A program made the position numbers and the translations under genes. DNA of 64,000 nt from positions 102,451 through 166,450 of IMG/VR virus record IMGVR_UViG_3300031251_000002; one strand, written 5' to 3'. Position 1 is the first letter of the stretch. Each line of letters starts with the position of its first letter. This DNA is from a virus. The notes beneath the pieces were generated by a model, which saw only the letters and a program-made list of their open reading frames with translations, did no database searches and was not told where the DNA came from. This document shows positions 41,385-51,723 of the stretch, one piece after another.

Positions 41385-41571
41385 TTGGGGACGAATTGGC
41401 AAGGTTCATTGTTAACCAGACGCAACCGGGATAAACCGCCAAAGGCATATATACAGCCCCGCCACGGCCCCGGCCAAGATCATAACCCTGAGCCGCGACT
41501 TTCTGGTTGAAGGAAACGTCACCTAGTCCGGATAGCTACCGGCGATGGTATTTGACGAGCGGTGTCCCCAA
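41385..41571 (+). ncRNA. Candidate structured ncRNA (~187 nt)
   Basis: Closing helix TTGGGGAC/GTCCCCAA, inner helix TTAACCAGA/TCTGGTTGA and further hairpins; followed at once by a terminator. Confidence 0.55.
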
Positions 41572-41578
41572 GTTTTTT

Positions 41579-41610
41579 AGGCCGGGAGTAACGTCCCGGC
41601 CTTTTCTTTT
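41579..41610 (+). terminator. Intrinsic terminator
   Basis: AGGCCGGGA/TCCCGGCCT followed by TTTCTTTT. Confidence 0.85.
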
Positions 41611-41612
41611 GC

Positions 41613-41641
41613 TTGACTCAGGTAACCCCATCCTTCAAAAT
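41613..41641 (+). promoter_or_regulatory. Sigma70-type promoter
   Basis: TTGACT-N17-CAAAAT. Confidence 0.6.
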
Positions 41642-41658
41642 TCCTGTAACCCTCAAAC

Positions 41659-41868
41659 ATGGCTTTTAACCAAGGAGGTTTTATGGACGCACCAATTGTG
41701 TGCCCAACATGTGGGTCTACGTATCAGGCACGAACGTACTCTAAGCGGAAAGACGACGGAACGCTGGAAGCCAATGTCCATATTGACACCCGCTGCCCCG
41801 TTTGCTTGCAACGACAACTGGAAGGTCAGACACCCCAGACACCGGTCCGCAAGCCTCTGGGGGATTGA
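41659..41868 (+). CDS. Small zinc-ribbon protein
   Basis: CPTC...CPVC; the true start may be the internal ATG after AGGAGG. Confidence 0.6.
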   Translation: MAFNQGGFMDAPIVCPTCGSTYQARTYSKRKDDGTLEANVHIDTRCPVCLQRQLEGQTPQTPVRKPLGD

Positions 41869-42540
41869 TTGGCTAAGAACGCAGAAGAAGCCTACGCATC
41901 CCTGCTAGCGTTCAAGGACTCCCCGTCTGAGGACGCGCACAACGCCGCCTACGAGAAGCTAGATCCGGTCATCGAGATCGCTGTTCGACAAGCGTTCTCC
42001 CGGTGCCCAGCGCGGCACATCCTAGATGATCTCCGTCAGGCAGCGCGGCTGCGCCTGTTCCAGCTACTCCCCAAGCTATGTGACCTATGCGACGGGCCGG
42101 AATACTACTTCCGCCTAGCTATCCAGATCGCACGACGGGCCATGCTCTCGGAGTTTGCCCGGTTACGCCGTCAATCGTTTCGTGAGGTCAGTCTTCAGGA
42201 CCGGGCCACCGGGACGACAGACGAAGGCGCGACTTACGACGACGTTCTTGAGCAGCCAACTGCCGATCCCTTCGTTGCCCTCAACCATGAGTTCGATGCG
42301 TTTGAGCAGCGCTTGCTGCTAGACCAGACAACGGGTGTCATCTATAGCCGCGTCAAGCGGGAGCTAGTTTCGATGTTTCGCTCATCTGACTACAAAGAAG
42401 CCGCAGTCTTCACGCTCCTGATGTTGTTCAAGGGCCACGATCCCTCACCGTCTTGGTTACAGGAGACATGGGGAATCAAGGAGCCAGAGCGGATGCGGCA
42501 GTGGGTCATGATTGTCTTACGACGAGTGATTAATGAATAA
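41869..42540 (+). CDS. Divergent RNA polymerase sigma-factor-like protein
   Basis: LDDLRQAARLRLFQ resembles sigma region 2.2; REVSLQD. Confidence 0.55.
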   Translation: MAKNAEEAYASLLAFKDSPSEDAHNAAYEKLDPVIEIAVRQAFSRCPARHILDDLRQAARLRLFQLLPKLCDLCDGPEYYFRLAIQIARRAMLSEFARLRRQSFREVSLQDRATGTTDEGATYDDVLEQPTADPFVALNHEFDAFEQRLLLDQTTGVIYSRVKRELVSMFRSSDYKEAAVFTLLMLFKGHDPSPSWLQETWGIKEPERMRQWVMIVLRRVINE

Positions 42541-42958
42541 AGCACATGATGTCCTAGAGGCCGCGCTGCCGCTCAAGCCGCCCGTTCCGGACGATAGCTA
42601 TCCCGAACTGGTAGAGACGATGGTGGGCATGCTGGCCGACGCCAATCCGGTACTTCGCATCCTGCGCGACTCCTTCGATCCAGTAGGCGTCATCAAGTTC
42701 ATTTCGATGTTCAATGGCATGGAAGTAACCATCCAGTCCCGCGCCTACTGGACAACGGTATTTCGAGACGCGCATATCCATATGGTCTTGCGGCTGACTC
42801 CGAAGAAGGAAGACGAAGCGGCATGGCGAAAAGCCGTCCTCGCGCTGGCCCGGAAGTACAACCTGCCGCCGAAGGTGGTTGTCAAGATTTCAACCAAGGT
42901 GCGGGCTGCGATCAACAAACGGAGCGTGTATGAAGAGACTCAGATTGATGCTAGCTAG
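42533..42958 (+). CDS. Mor/C-family transcription activator-like protein
   Basis: FISMFNGMEVTI...RDAHIH...LALARKYNLP..VVKI resembles the Mor pattern GG-x-x-x-YIP...RN..I...LA-KY-LS. Confidence 0.55.
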   Translation: MNKAHDVLEAALPLKPPVPDDSYPELVETMVGMLADANPVLRILRDSFDPVGVIKFISMFNGMEVTIQSRAYWTTVFRDAHIHMVLRLTPKKEDEAAWRKAVLALARKYNLPPKVVVKISTKVRAAINKRSVYEETQIDAS

Positions 42959-43068
42959 GTTACAGGCTTTTGGTCGTTTGCTCTGGGCGACCTTCAGCGC
43001 CGAACCGGCTGACATCACGATCCATAATTGCTACACCTGTCTTCGACCGTTAAGAGAGTGGAGAGCTA

Positions 43069-43965
43069 ATGCCGCCTACAAATTTCTCGCATGTCCTCAT
43101 TGGCACCATGCTGTTGTTATCGTTCTTGGGGCTGACGTTCGCGGTAGCGATGTGGTCGTGGCGGCTCTACCGGAGGCGCGAGCTATGGCGCGAGAAATCG
43201 GGCCTTAAGGCTCTCTTTGTCTCCTGTAACACGGAGGAGTCAGTCAAGGAACTGAAGGCTCTCCGTCGCGCCGGATTCAACACGATTGTTACCTCCAGCC
43301 CGCCGACCGTCTCGACGTTGGAGAATGCCAAGAAGGCGGGGCTGGGTGTCATCGCGTACATCTCGACCGCTTCGGCCAAGGCGTTGTCTCAGGACCGCCA
43401 AGCGTATCGGCTGCTGCGGCAGATTACGACGGCACCTAACTTCATGGGATTTCACTACGCCAACGAAGCCGGTGTCGAGGGTCGTACCTCGGCATTCGAT
43501 CAGAGGTACACGTACTCGCTCCTGAAGACGATGTTTCCCTCTGCTCTGGCAATCACCTTCCTGCGCGTCGTTCTCGGGAAGATTGATGAGAAGTTTCTGG
43601 ACGAGTGCTTCTGCCCGGAAGCAACCGATCTGGTGGTCCCGTACTTTTACCCGGTCGGGGAGACGGCGCTGGGGGATGTTAAGAACGAGTTCCTCTGGGA
43701 GACGACGTTGAACAGCCTCCTCCTGCCGGTCTACATTCGGCTTCAGTCGTGGTCGCTCCGATGGGGCATCGTCCGGCCCGTCATGCCCATGCTTCAGGGC
43801 TTTGAGGAGCCAGAGTACCCGGTGGATGACCGATTCATCGCCCGCCAAATGTCTGTCTACACCCATCTCTGGCCGATTCGGGATGTACTGGTAGGCGGCA
43901 CGGACCGGATTAAAAATTCAAGGCTTTTGGAGCAGGTAACCGCTGCGCTTCGATTCTTAAGGTGA
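43069..43965 (+). CDS. Membrane-anchored glycoside hydrolase-like TIM-barrel protein
   Basis: N-terminal TM helix; LKALRRAGFNTIV, LENAKKAGLGVI, YANEA, DLVVPYFYPV. Confidence 0.55.
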   Translation: MPPTNFSHVLIGTMLLLSFLGLTFAVAMWSWRLYRRRELWREKSGLKALFVSCNTEESVKELKALRRAGFNTIVTSSPPTVSTLENAKKAGLGVIAYISTASAKALSQDRQAYRLLRQITTAPNFMGFHYANEAGVEGRTSAFDQRYTYSLLKTMFPSALAITFLRVVLGKIDEKFLDECFCPEATDLVVPYFYPVGETALGDVKNEFLWETTLNSLLLPVYIRLQSWSLRWGIVRPVMPMLQGFEEPEYPVDDRFIARQMSVYTHLWPIRDVLVGGTDRIKNSRLLEQVTAALRFLR

Positions 43966-44136
43966 CTCTCGGGTAGGCAGGTAGAAGTTGGATGTGGAGG
44001 CTTTAGTTGCTGAGATTTTTCTCGGTCAGATCACTCCATAAAAAGTGTCCTGCCGCCGTGTGACCGGCGCTCTCCCCGCCACAGGGGATCTGATGTTGTG
44101 TGGGGTGACCATCCGAATTCCTCACCCCGAGAGTCA
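43963..44136 (+). ncRNA. Candidate structured ncRNA (~174 nt; rod-like, 6S-sized)
   Basis: 11-bp closing helix TGACTCTCGGG/CCCGAGAGTCA, nested helices GGATG/CATCC and TCAGATC/GATCTGA, then TTTTT. Confidence 0.6.
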
Positions 44137-44160
44137 TTTTTGTGGTAATCTGGAGGTTAC

Positions 44161-44454
44161 ATGACGATGCCTAGTTGGATCATCCGTTGTTCGCATTGCG
44201 GTCGGCAGATCCGTGTGGAGTCAATCTCCTACACGAATGAATGCCCCGCCTGTTCCAACGTTCTACCTCCAGTGGATCTGAGTCGCCTCACGTTGCCCAA
44301 GGGGAAAGAGGAAAAGGCCCCCTTGCCAGTACCGGAGGCTAACAAGCCGGTGGATCAGCCTGAAGAGACAGCCTCTGTCGTTGTGCCCGAGATGGTAGAT
44401 GACGATCAGGGGTTCGATCTGGGTGGCGTCCATTTGGATGATGAGGATGCGTGA
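44161..44454 (+). CDS. Zinc-ribbon protein with an acidic tail
   Basis: CSHC...CPAC; SD GGAGG. Confidence 0.65.
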   Translation: MTMPSWIIRCSHCGRQIRVESISYTNECPACSNVLPPVDLSRLTLPKGKEEKAPLPVPEANKPVDQPEETASVVVPEMVDDDQGFDLGGVHLDDEDA

Positions 44455-45062
44455 GAAAATGGGTGCTACTGTTTCTCGTCTATAGCGCAACTGGTCTCTA
44501 CGTTTTCGATCTCCGGGCGTCTCCAAAACCTATCGTCCATCTTCCCCCACTCCCGCAACGGGAGGTCTCGCCTGTCGTTCGCCTGACAGGGGAGCTTCTG
44601 AAGAATCCCCATGCCCGGACTTCGCTGGGGAACCGTGTTCCCGCTGTCGCGGCCAAGATCATGGACCTGTCAGATCGTTACCGGGATGACGGTGTTACCC
44701 CGGCCATGCTCCTCGGTCTGATCGAAGTCGAGTCAACCTTCAACGCCAATGCGATCTCCCACAACGAAGCGGGGGAGAAGGTTGCTTACGGGTTGATGCA
44801 GGTAACCCAGAAGACTGCGACTCCCTATCTCCGGGACATGGGTGTTTCGTGGAGCGAAGCGGTTGCTCTGGATCCCCTTCGGAACCTCGATGTAGGCGCG
44901 GCCCATTTCGCTTCCCTCCACCGCCGGTTCAAAGGCAACCTCCTGCTGGCTAGCTTGGGGTACAATCAGGGAGAGGGTGCCGTTCGTGCGGGATATGCCG
45001 TACCGGGCTACGAAATCAAGGCGAATCAGGCCATCTGGCGCTGGGCGCGACTGGGTTTCTAG
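44451..45062 (+). CDS. Lytic transglycosylase (SLT) with an N-terminal signal or anchor
   Basis: IEVESTFNANAIS, AYGLMQV, YNQG; hydrophobic N-terminus. Confidence 0.88.
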   Translation: MRKWVLLFLVYSATGLYVFDLRASPKPIVHLPPLPQREVSPVVRLTGELLKNPHARTSLGNRVPAVAAKIMDLSDRYRDDGVTPAMLLGLIEVESTFNANAISHNEAGEKVAYGLMQVTQKTATPYLRDMGVSWSEAVALDPLRNLDVGAAHFASLHRRFKGNLLLASLGYNQGEGAVRAGYAVPGYEIKANQAIWRWARLGF

Positions 45063-45084
45063 GCCCCTTTTCCCTCCGTTTTTG

Positions 45085-45114
45085 AGGCCCCTTTTCAGGG
45101 GCCTTTTCCTTTTT
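45085..45114 (+). terminator. Intrinsic terminator
   Basis: AGGCCCCT/AGGGGCCT followed by a T-rich tail. Confidence 0.8.
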
Positions 45115-45160
45115 CTTCGTATTTGTTGATTCTAAAGGACTTAGAATTGCACTCTACCTA

Positions 45161-45189
45161 TTGACATCGTAGTGTGACTCAAGTAACAT
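45161..45189 (+). promoter_or_regulatory. Strong sigma70-type (early) promoter
   Basis: TTGACA-N17-TAACAT. Confidence 0.85.
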
Positions 45190-45195
45190 TCTCCC

Positions 45196-45513
45196 TGTCG
45201 AAAGGACCGCCAATGTAAACCCTAAGGAAACAGCCCCCCAGAAATGCGTGAGGCACAGTGACGACGGGGAACCTCCTCGGTTCCAAAGGTCACAGGCGGG
45301 GCGGTGATGAAGAGGGAGCGGAAACGCTCGGGCCAAGGTCGGCAAAGATCGAGGGCAACGCGGTAGACGGTTCCACAAGGGGAGCCGCCTAATGGGGAAC
45401 GCGGATGAAATTCCCTCTCTTTTTGAACGCCCGAAGTTGCAAGACTTCCCGCTGTCCGTGGGGAAAGCAGTGGTGAGGAAACCACGGTCTTGCTCGGGAG
45501 TCGGGCGTTCAAA
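45196..45513 (+). ncRNA. Long structured 5' leader / candidate ncRNA
   Basis: Multiple helices, including a GAGCG-GAAA-CGCTC tetraloop and the 13-bp TTTGAACGCCCGA/TCGGGCGTTCAAA helix ending just before the SD of 45527. Confidence 0.55.
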
Positions 45514-45526
45514 TGGAGGTCTCAAA

Positions 45527-48500
45527 ATGATGGCCTATCGGGTGTGGATGATTGATGAATCGGTGACGCCTTCGGCTCCCATGTACCCGGTCAGCCGGAA
45601 GTTCTCGACCAAGGAAGCGGCTGAGATTTACATGGAAATGTATTACGGTCAGGTGGCGCTGGAGATCATGTACTCCGACGAAGATGAAGGCGAAATGAAC
45701 GTTCAGATGTTCCTTAAGGGGGTAGCGTGAACAAGTTTGCTGCGGAAGAGCTTCTGTACCAGAAAGCCGATGCGGCGGGTCGGGATGCGGCGGCGAGATG
45801 CAAGCCGGTTCCGATGATCGTGGGAACGCCTACGACGCCCTTCGGCAACGACATGGACCCTGCGAAGCCAACGTACTTTGTCGAGGGCGGCGTCTGCGGG
45901 TTCGCGTGGGTGACGATCCGCCCCGCTCGGGGAAAGTTCGTCAGCTACCTGAAGTCCAAGGGCCTCGGCAATGTCGGGTACTACGGTGGCTACCAGATGT
46001 CATCGCGGATGATGACGCAGAGCATGGCAGTCAACGAAGCGTACTGCGAGGCGTTCGCCAACGTCCTGCGGTGCTTCGGAGTCAAGGCGCACTCAGAATC
46101 GAGGATTGACTGATGAGACAAGATCCCAGACTCAAGTATCGGTTGGTTCAGGTTGGCAACGGGTTCACGCGGGGCGGCGACAAGCTTTACAAAACCGCGC
46201 CTCTCGCTGAGGCTGCGCGGCGACGGTCTGGTGATTACAGCCTCAAGGTCGAAGAGGTTCCCGCTCCCGGTTGGATGTGGGCGGACTGCAACGGCGAGGC
46301 CCACAGCAACCCGCACATTGATCATTGCTCGGTCTGCATGCCCCTGTGGGGGCGGATGCTGGTCAAGGATCCGGCGGTCGCGGAACGGTTGGGGGAGATT
46401 GAGAACGCCCTGAGTCCTGAGAATCTTTACTGGGACGGCGAGCGCAACCGTGGAGATGCCCTGCGGGCCAAGCGGTTGCTGCTGGCCGAAAAGAAAAAGC
46501 TGGGAGGCTGACATGGAGACGATGAACTACCGCCACGGTGGCCCTTGGGATCGTGGCTCTGCTGACGCCTACTACGGGCGTGGCCGTGATCCGCACTGCT
46601 ACGAAGATGCAAGCTACTCGTCAAAGCGCATCGAAGCGGCTGACATGACCCCGGAGCAGATCGCGGAGTACAACGACGGTTTCGATTCAACGACTGATCG
46701 AAAGGAGTGGTGACCATGGCGGTCATTCTGAAAAAGGCTGGCGTCGAGGAGACGCTGTACGCGGGCGCGGTCCTCGGTCTCGGTTCGGCCAGCTTCAACG
46801 ACGGTTACGACGCAACGTACTTCGCTGAGGTCTGGGATGCGGCTACCGGGCAGATCAAGACGGTCTCCTACAGTTGCACGATGTCTGCGGCCTCGGAGAA
46901 CGGCAAGGCGTGGATCGACGCCACCCCGGAGGTCCGGGAAGCCTACGCGGCCTCGATTGAGCCGCGCCTGTTCGCGGAGAAGCTCGGGACGGCTGAGTAC
47001 GAGGCATGCAAGGTGCGAAAGGGTGACGAGGTAGTTGTCGCTCGGGGCCGCAAGGTCAAGAAGGGAACCAAGGGAATCCTGTTCTGGACCGGCGACGGCA
47101 AGTTTGGTGTCCGGGCTGGCGTCAAGGATGCGGCTGGCGAGATTCACTGGACGGCGCTGGACAACCTCGATGTCGTGGAGCCGCGCTGGGTGGATCGGGA
47201 GGCCGTGAAGCTGGCGGCGAGGAACGAAGCCCGCAGGATCGCGGGACTGGAAAGGATGGCGGCATGAACAAGCAGGTGGATGTCTACGTGAGGAACGAGG
47301 GAACGATCTTTACCTTCAACCCCCGGACGGACGCGGCCAAGGAGTGGATCGCTCTGAACGTCGCTGAGGATGCCCAGTGGCTGGGGAATCAGTTGATCGT
47401 GGAGCATCGGTACGCTCGGGATCTGGCGGCGGGGATGCAGGAGGAAGGGCTGGTGCTGGCGTGATCTGGTCTGCACTGGATCGTGGCAGGAACGCGCTGC
47501 CGACCTTTCCGATGAACGATTCGGAGGCATGCGTACGCATCGCGGTTAACACCGTCTCCAGCCTGATGACTCAATTGGAGGCGGAACACAAGTCAAACGT
47601 GGCGCTTCAGGAGGAGTATCTTGGGGCAAGCCACGACGAGTATCGGTGCGAGACTTGTGCTTTCTTGGAGGAGTTGAGAGCATGAAACCCATCATGAAGT
47701 GCGGTTGCGTGGCCATGGGGTCTTGCAGCCGCCTGAACGGGGTTGAGTACAACCCGCCGATTCCGTCCTGCATCACTCACGACTGCATCGAGGTCGCCCC
47801 TGCGGCCCCGGATCTGACGGGGCGGGTGGCAACGTGCGGTCTGAACTGCAAGAGTCAGCGGCCCTCGTCTCTGGATCTGGCGTTCTTTGAGTACCGGCCT
47901 AACCGGGAAATGGACTCGTACTACTGTGGGTGCCGGGGGTGGGATTGATGATTACCGTGCCGGAAAAGAGTGAGGATGGGCGCTTCCTGTGTTCTGGGTG
48001 CGACGATTTTTTTGAGGAACGAAACGGTGACATTCTCGACAACGGCCAGTTCTGGTGCGAGGAGTGTCAGGATAAGGAGGAGAATGAAGATGCCTGAGCA
48101 GGTGGATGCATGGCTGATCGGCAGCTTGGCGGAGGGCGAGGCCAGCGTGGAGTTTGAACTGGTCTCCCCGGCGGCGTGGTCTTTCGCCAAGGCGTTCCTT
48201 CTGGACGGGCGCGGTTACCTCCATGCCGATTACGGCACGGTCGAGGTCGCCGGGAAGGACGCGCTGACGGTTCTGCGGGACATGAAAATGGCAGGGTTGA
48301 AAATCAAGTAACACTGGGGTAACATGCCCCAATCGAAAGGAAGTAACAATGCAAACTGCGAAGCTTTCCCCCCCGGTAACCCAGAAGCGGACTCCCCGAA
48401 AGGTCGCGGGGACCGTGACGGTCAAGATCAAAAAGGTGAACTACGTCGAACTGATGGAGAAGGCCGTCTCTGGCAAAAAGGACCGGGAGGCCATGGCTCA

Positions 48501-50735
48501 GGTGATCGAAGGGCTGATTAAGCCTCTGGAGGTCGCTGGAGCGCCGGAACTGCTGGACTCAGAGGCGGCGGAGCGGTACGTCGAACTGGATACTCAGGCC
48601 AAGGAAATCAAGGACGAGATGGACAATCTCAAGGTCACGCTCTTTACGGAGGCGGCAGAGAACGAAGTGATCCGGTTTCGTGTGGATCGTAACGTGTCTC
48701 TGATGATCGTGGACTCTTCCTCCTCAAAGGTCGATACCACGCTCCTGACCCCGGCTGAGGAGCAGATGTACACGGCTCTCAAGGCCAAGGCGACGGTTTC
48801 CTCCCCGGTGCTGGCGATCAAGCGAGGGAAGTAACATGTGGTGGTACGTAGGGTTTCTGGTGGTCGCTGGAATCGGTCTTTACGTCGGCTTGAGTCTTAC
48901 CCTTGCGGGTGATGCTCCGCCTTTCATACGAGGGAAGTAACTCTTGAGACAGCAAGACCGCCACTTATTTTTTGGCGGTCTTGCTTTTGATTGGAGGTAC
49001 AAGTGAAAAATCTAGTTGGCAAATCGGTGAAGTTGAAACTGCAAGGATTGGACGGTAATGCATTTAATCTCCTAGGCAAATTTCAGCGACAAGCTCAGAA
49101 AGAGAAGTGGACGAAGCAGGAAATCAACATGGTGATGGATGAAGCTTCAGCGGGGGATTACAACCACTTGCTGCAAGTCCTCATTACTCACACAAAGGGG
49201 TAACATGTTTGAAATCAAGTTTGAAACTGACAACGCGGCTTTCGAGGATATGGATTACGGATTTGAGGTTGCCAAGCTGCTCCGCGAGATTGCGGACAAG
49301 CAGGAACGGTGGCGCTCCCCGGACGGCATCGAGCATCCGGTGATTGATACCAACGGTAACAAGGTCGGAACGTGGAGGGCAACACAGTGAAATTGAAATG
49401 GTATGACGTTGGGGTGCTGGTGTGCTTGGTGCTTCTCCTGCTTCTCTTTCCGTGTTTCGTAACCGCTTACGTCGAGACTCAGCGGGAGCGGATCATGGTG
49501 GATCACATGAAGCGGGTTGCGGAGTTTGCGGCGTTGGTTCAAAAAACGGGTATCGGCCCAGCGAATCTCTCGCCAGCGGATCTGGCCCAGTTTCGGTATC
49601 TGGCTCAGGAGTTGAAAACAGAAGCCAACATGTACGAACAGGCTGTACAGGCCGGGAGATAACATGAGAATTACACCTCTAGCGGTTCCGGAATCAGGTC
49701 CGTATCGTATGGCGGCGGTTAATCAAACTACAGGGGCGCTTTACGCAGAACAAATCTTTGAGAAGAAAGAGGATGCGATTGCGAAAGCGCAGTATTGGAT
49801 GAATCGTGGGTTCGCCGGTTCGGTCTATGACGCTCAAGGTCGGTGTCACGAAATTTTTGTAAAGGAAGAAAATGAAACAGAGAAAGACTAAGGCAGAGAA
49901 GGCGATGGACAAGGCAATCGAGACTGAGTACTACCGGCAAGGCAACGGCGTACAAATCTCCATCATGGATATTCCGAAGCTGTGGAATGATGTTCGGGCT
50001 GACATTACCCCGCTTCCGGACCTTCCGGCTCGGCCCATCGAGGTTGCGATGCAGAATGCAATCTCCAAGTATCGGGTGAACTGACCTACAAAAGAGGTCA
50101 TATGACCGCATAAAGAGGTCAACGAAAGGAAGTAACATGTTTAAGGACGGAGATATCGTCAAGGTCAAGGTCGGCGGTGAGGAGATGGTGGGCAACATCG
50201 TGACTGGTCAGGATCGTCGGGCGGTGATCAACGGAACGCTCCATTCTGGCAAGGTCATGGTCGCTCTCCAGTTCGCGTCAGGCGTCAAGGGTCGGAAGTA
50301 CGTCATGTTGGATGCGGCGAAGGTCAAGCCGTTCACGCTAGGCGCGGTGAAGCCGTGAATCTTCAGCGTTGTACGAAATGTAACAAGTTGTTTTCTGATG
50401 ATATTCATGATCCGACTTATTACGGTGCTGTGAGTCGAACGTGGCATCCGTTTGAAACCGAAAAAATTCTTAAGGCCGGTGAGTGGTGTTGCGTTGTTCT
50501 TTCTAATAATGCAACTTGTCTCCAGCCCAAATCGGAACACGCGCCGGATCATGTTTTCTACCCCGGTGTCGTGGATGTTTGGGCCGGTACAGGAAAGCCA
50601 GTTCATGAGGTTTCCGATAACGACGGGAATTCGGACGCTATCGCTCGGGAGATTGTGGAGAAGTACGGCAACGGTCCGAAGCAGGATCTTCAGGACGCAA
50701 TCGCTGTTGCCATTCAAGAGGCGAGAACGGCATGA
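45527..50735 (+). other. Cluster of about 20 small hypothetical (early-type) genes
   Basis: Tightly packed, SD-led or overlap-coupled ORFs: 45527-45730, 45727-46113, 46113-46511, 46513-46713, 46716-47267, 47264-47464, 47682-47948, 48084-48311, 48349-48834, 48836-48940, ~49003-49203, 49205-49390, ~49387-49662, 49664-49891, 49872-50084, 50137-50358, 50355-50735. Confidence 0.75.
48951..48988 (+). terminator. Intrinsic terminator-like hairpin
   Basis: 12-bp AGCAAGACCGCC/GGCGGTCTTGCT followed by TTT. Confidence 0.75.
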
Positions 50736-50839
50736 CACTCAAAACTTTGGCTAAGGATGTTTTTTACGCGCTGGTGGGGTTCATCGGGATAATGATTTTT
50801 CTCACCATCGTTTTTTCGTTGAAACCGTAAAGGAAGAAA

Positions 50840-51703
50840 ATGCTACCTAGACTCAGTACTACGCTGGCCTCTCCCGGAGAGGCGACGGATATCAAATCCG
50901 GCTGGATTACCGAATGCAAATATGACGGGCTGCGAGTTCTCGCTTATCGCGAGATGGGCCAAGTCCGGCTGGTAGGAAGATCGGGCAACGACGTGACGCG
51001 GCGGTTTCAAAAAGTTGCTCGGGCTGTCCTTGACATTCCGGGGGATGCTCATATCTTCGACGGCGAGCTTGTCACCTTCGATCCAGACGGTGTGAGTAAG
51101 CTTCATCTCGTTTCCTCCCATGGTGATGAATCAAACGCTGTGTACGTCATGTTCGACGCTCCGTTTCTGGACGGGGTTGATCTTCGACGGCAACCGCTGT
51201 CGGCTCGGCGTGAAATGCTGGAGCAGAAGTACAACACCGTTGTGTCGCCTTCCCTGATGCTTGCTGAGCGGTTTGACAGTCACGCGCCTACGGCGTTCGC
51301 GCATGCGAAGGCGCTTGGTCTGGAAGGCATCGTCGCCAAGGATCCCGCTGGCCTGTACACGGAGGATCGCTCGACGCGCTGGGTGAAGCTCAAGGCGCTG
51401 GAGGAGGATGTGTTCGATGTCATCGGGTACACCAAGTCAGAGAAGCGCGGCTTCTCGGCTCTGATGGTGGCCGATGGGGACCGCTACATGGGGAGGGTCG
51501 GCACCGGGTTTAATGCCTCGGATATTGCGTCCCTTGGCTCCCAGATGGCCAAACTGGCAACGCCTAGGCCCTCCATCCCCCCGCCCGTTCCTGTGCCTTC
51601 TGGGGCCGTCTGGCTGAAACCCGGCCTCCGGGTACGTGTGGAGTACCTTCCCGGCAAGGACCATCTTCGGTTCCCTGTCTACCTTGGGACGGAAGCCCCC
51701 TAG
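50840..51703 (+). CDS. ATP-dependent DNA ligase (LigD/LigC-type ligase domain)
   Basis: ECKYDGLR, FDGELV, MFDA, LEGIVAKD, WVKLK, GRVGTGF and LRFP motifs. Confidence 0.93.
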   Translation: MLPRLSTTLASPGEATDIKSGWITECKYDGLRVLAYREMGQVRLVGRSGNDVTRRFQKVARAVLDIPGDAHIFDGELVTFDPDGVSKLHLVSSHGDESNAVYVMFDAPFLDGVDLRRQPLSARREMLEQKYNTVVSPSLMLAERFDSHAPTAFAHAKALGLEGIVAKDPAGLYTEDRSTRWVKLKALEEDVFDVIGYTKSEKRGFSALMVADGDRYMGRVGTGFNASDIASLGSQMAKLATPRPSIPPPVPVPSGAVWLKPGLRVRVEYLPGKDHLRFPVYLGTEAP

Positions 51704-51723
51704 AATCAATGGTTTACAAGTAG

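Noticed and set aside
41385-41571. tmRNA or intron-containing tRNA-Met (GGGGAC start, ATCATAACC)
   Set aside because: It is too short for tmRNA and has no T-arm before the 3' end. It is kept only as an unassigned ncRNA.
45278-45330. Cobalamin riboswitch (GGTTCC...GATGAAGAGGGA)
   Set aside because: It lacks the GGTGNAANTCC T-loop, the GCCACTG segment and the B12-box AGACC elements in the expected order.
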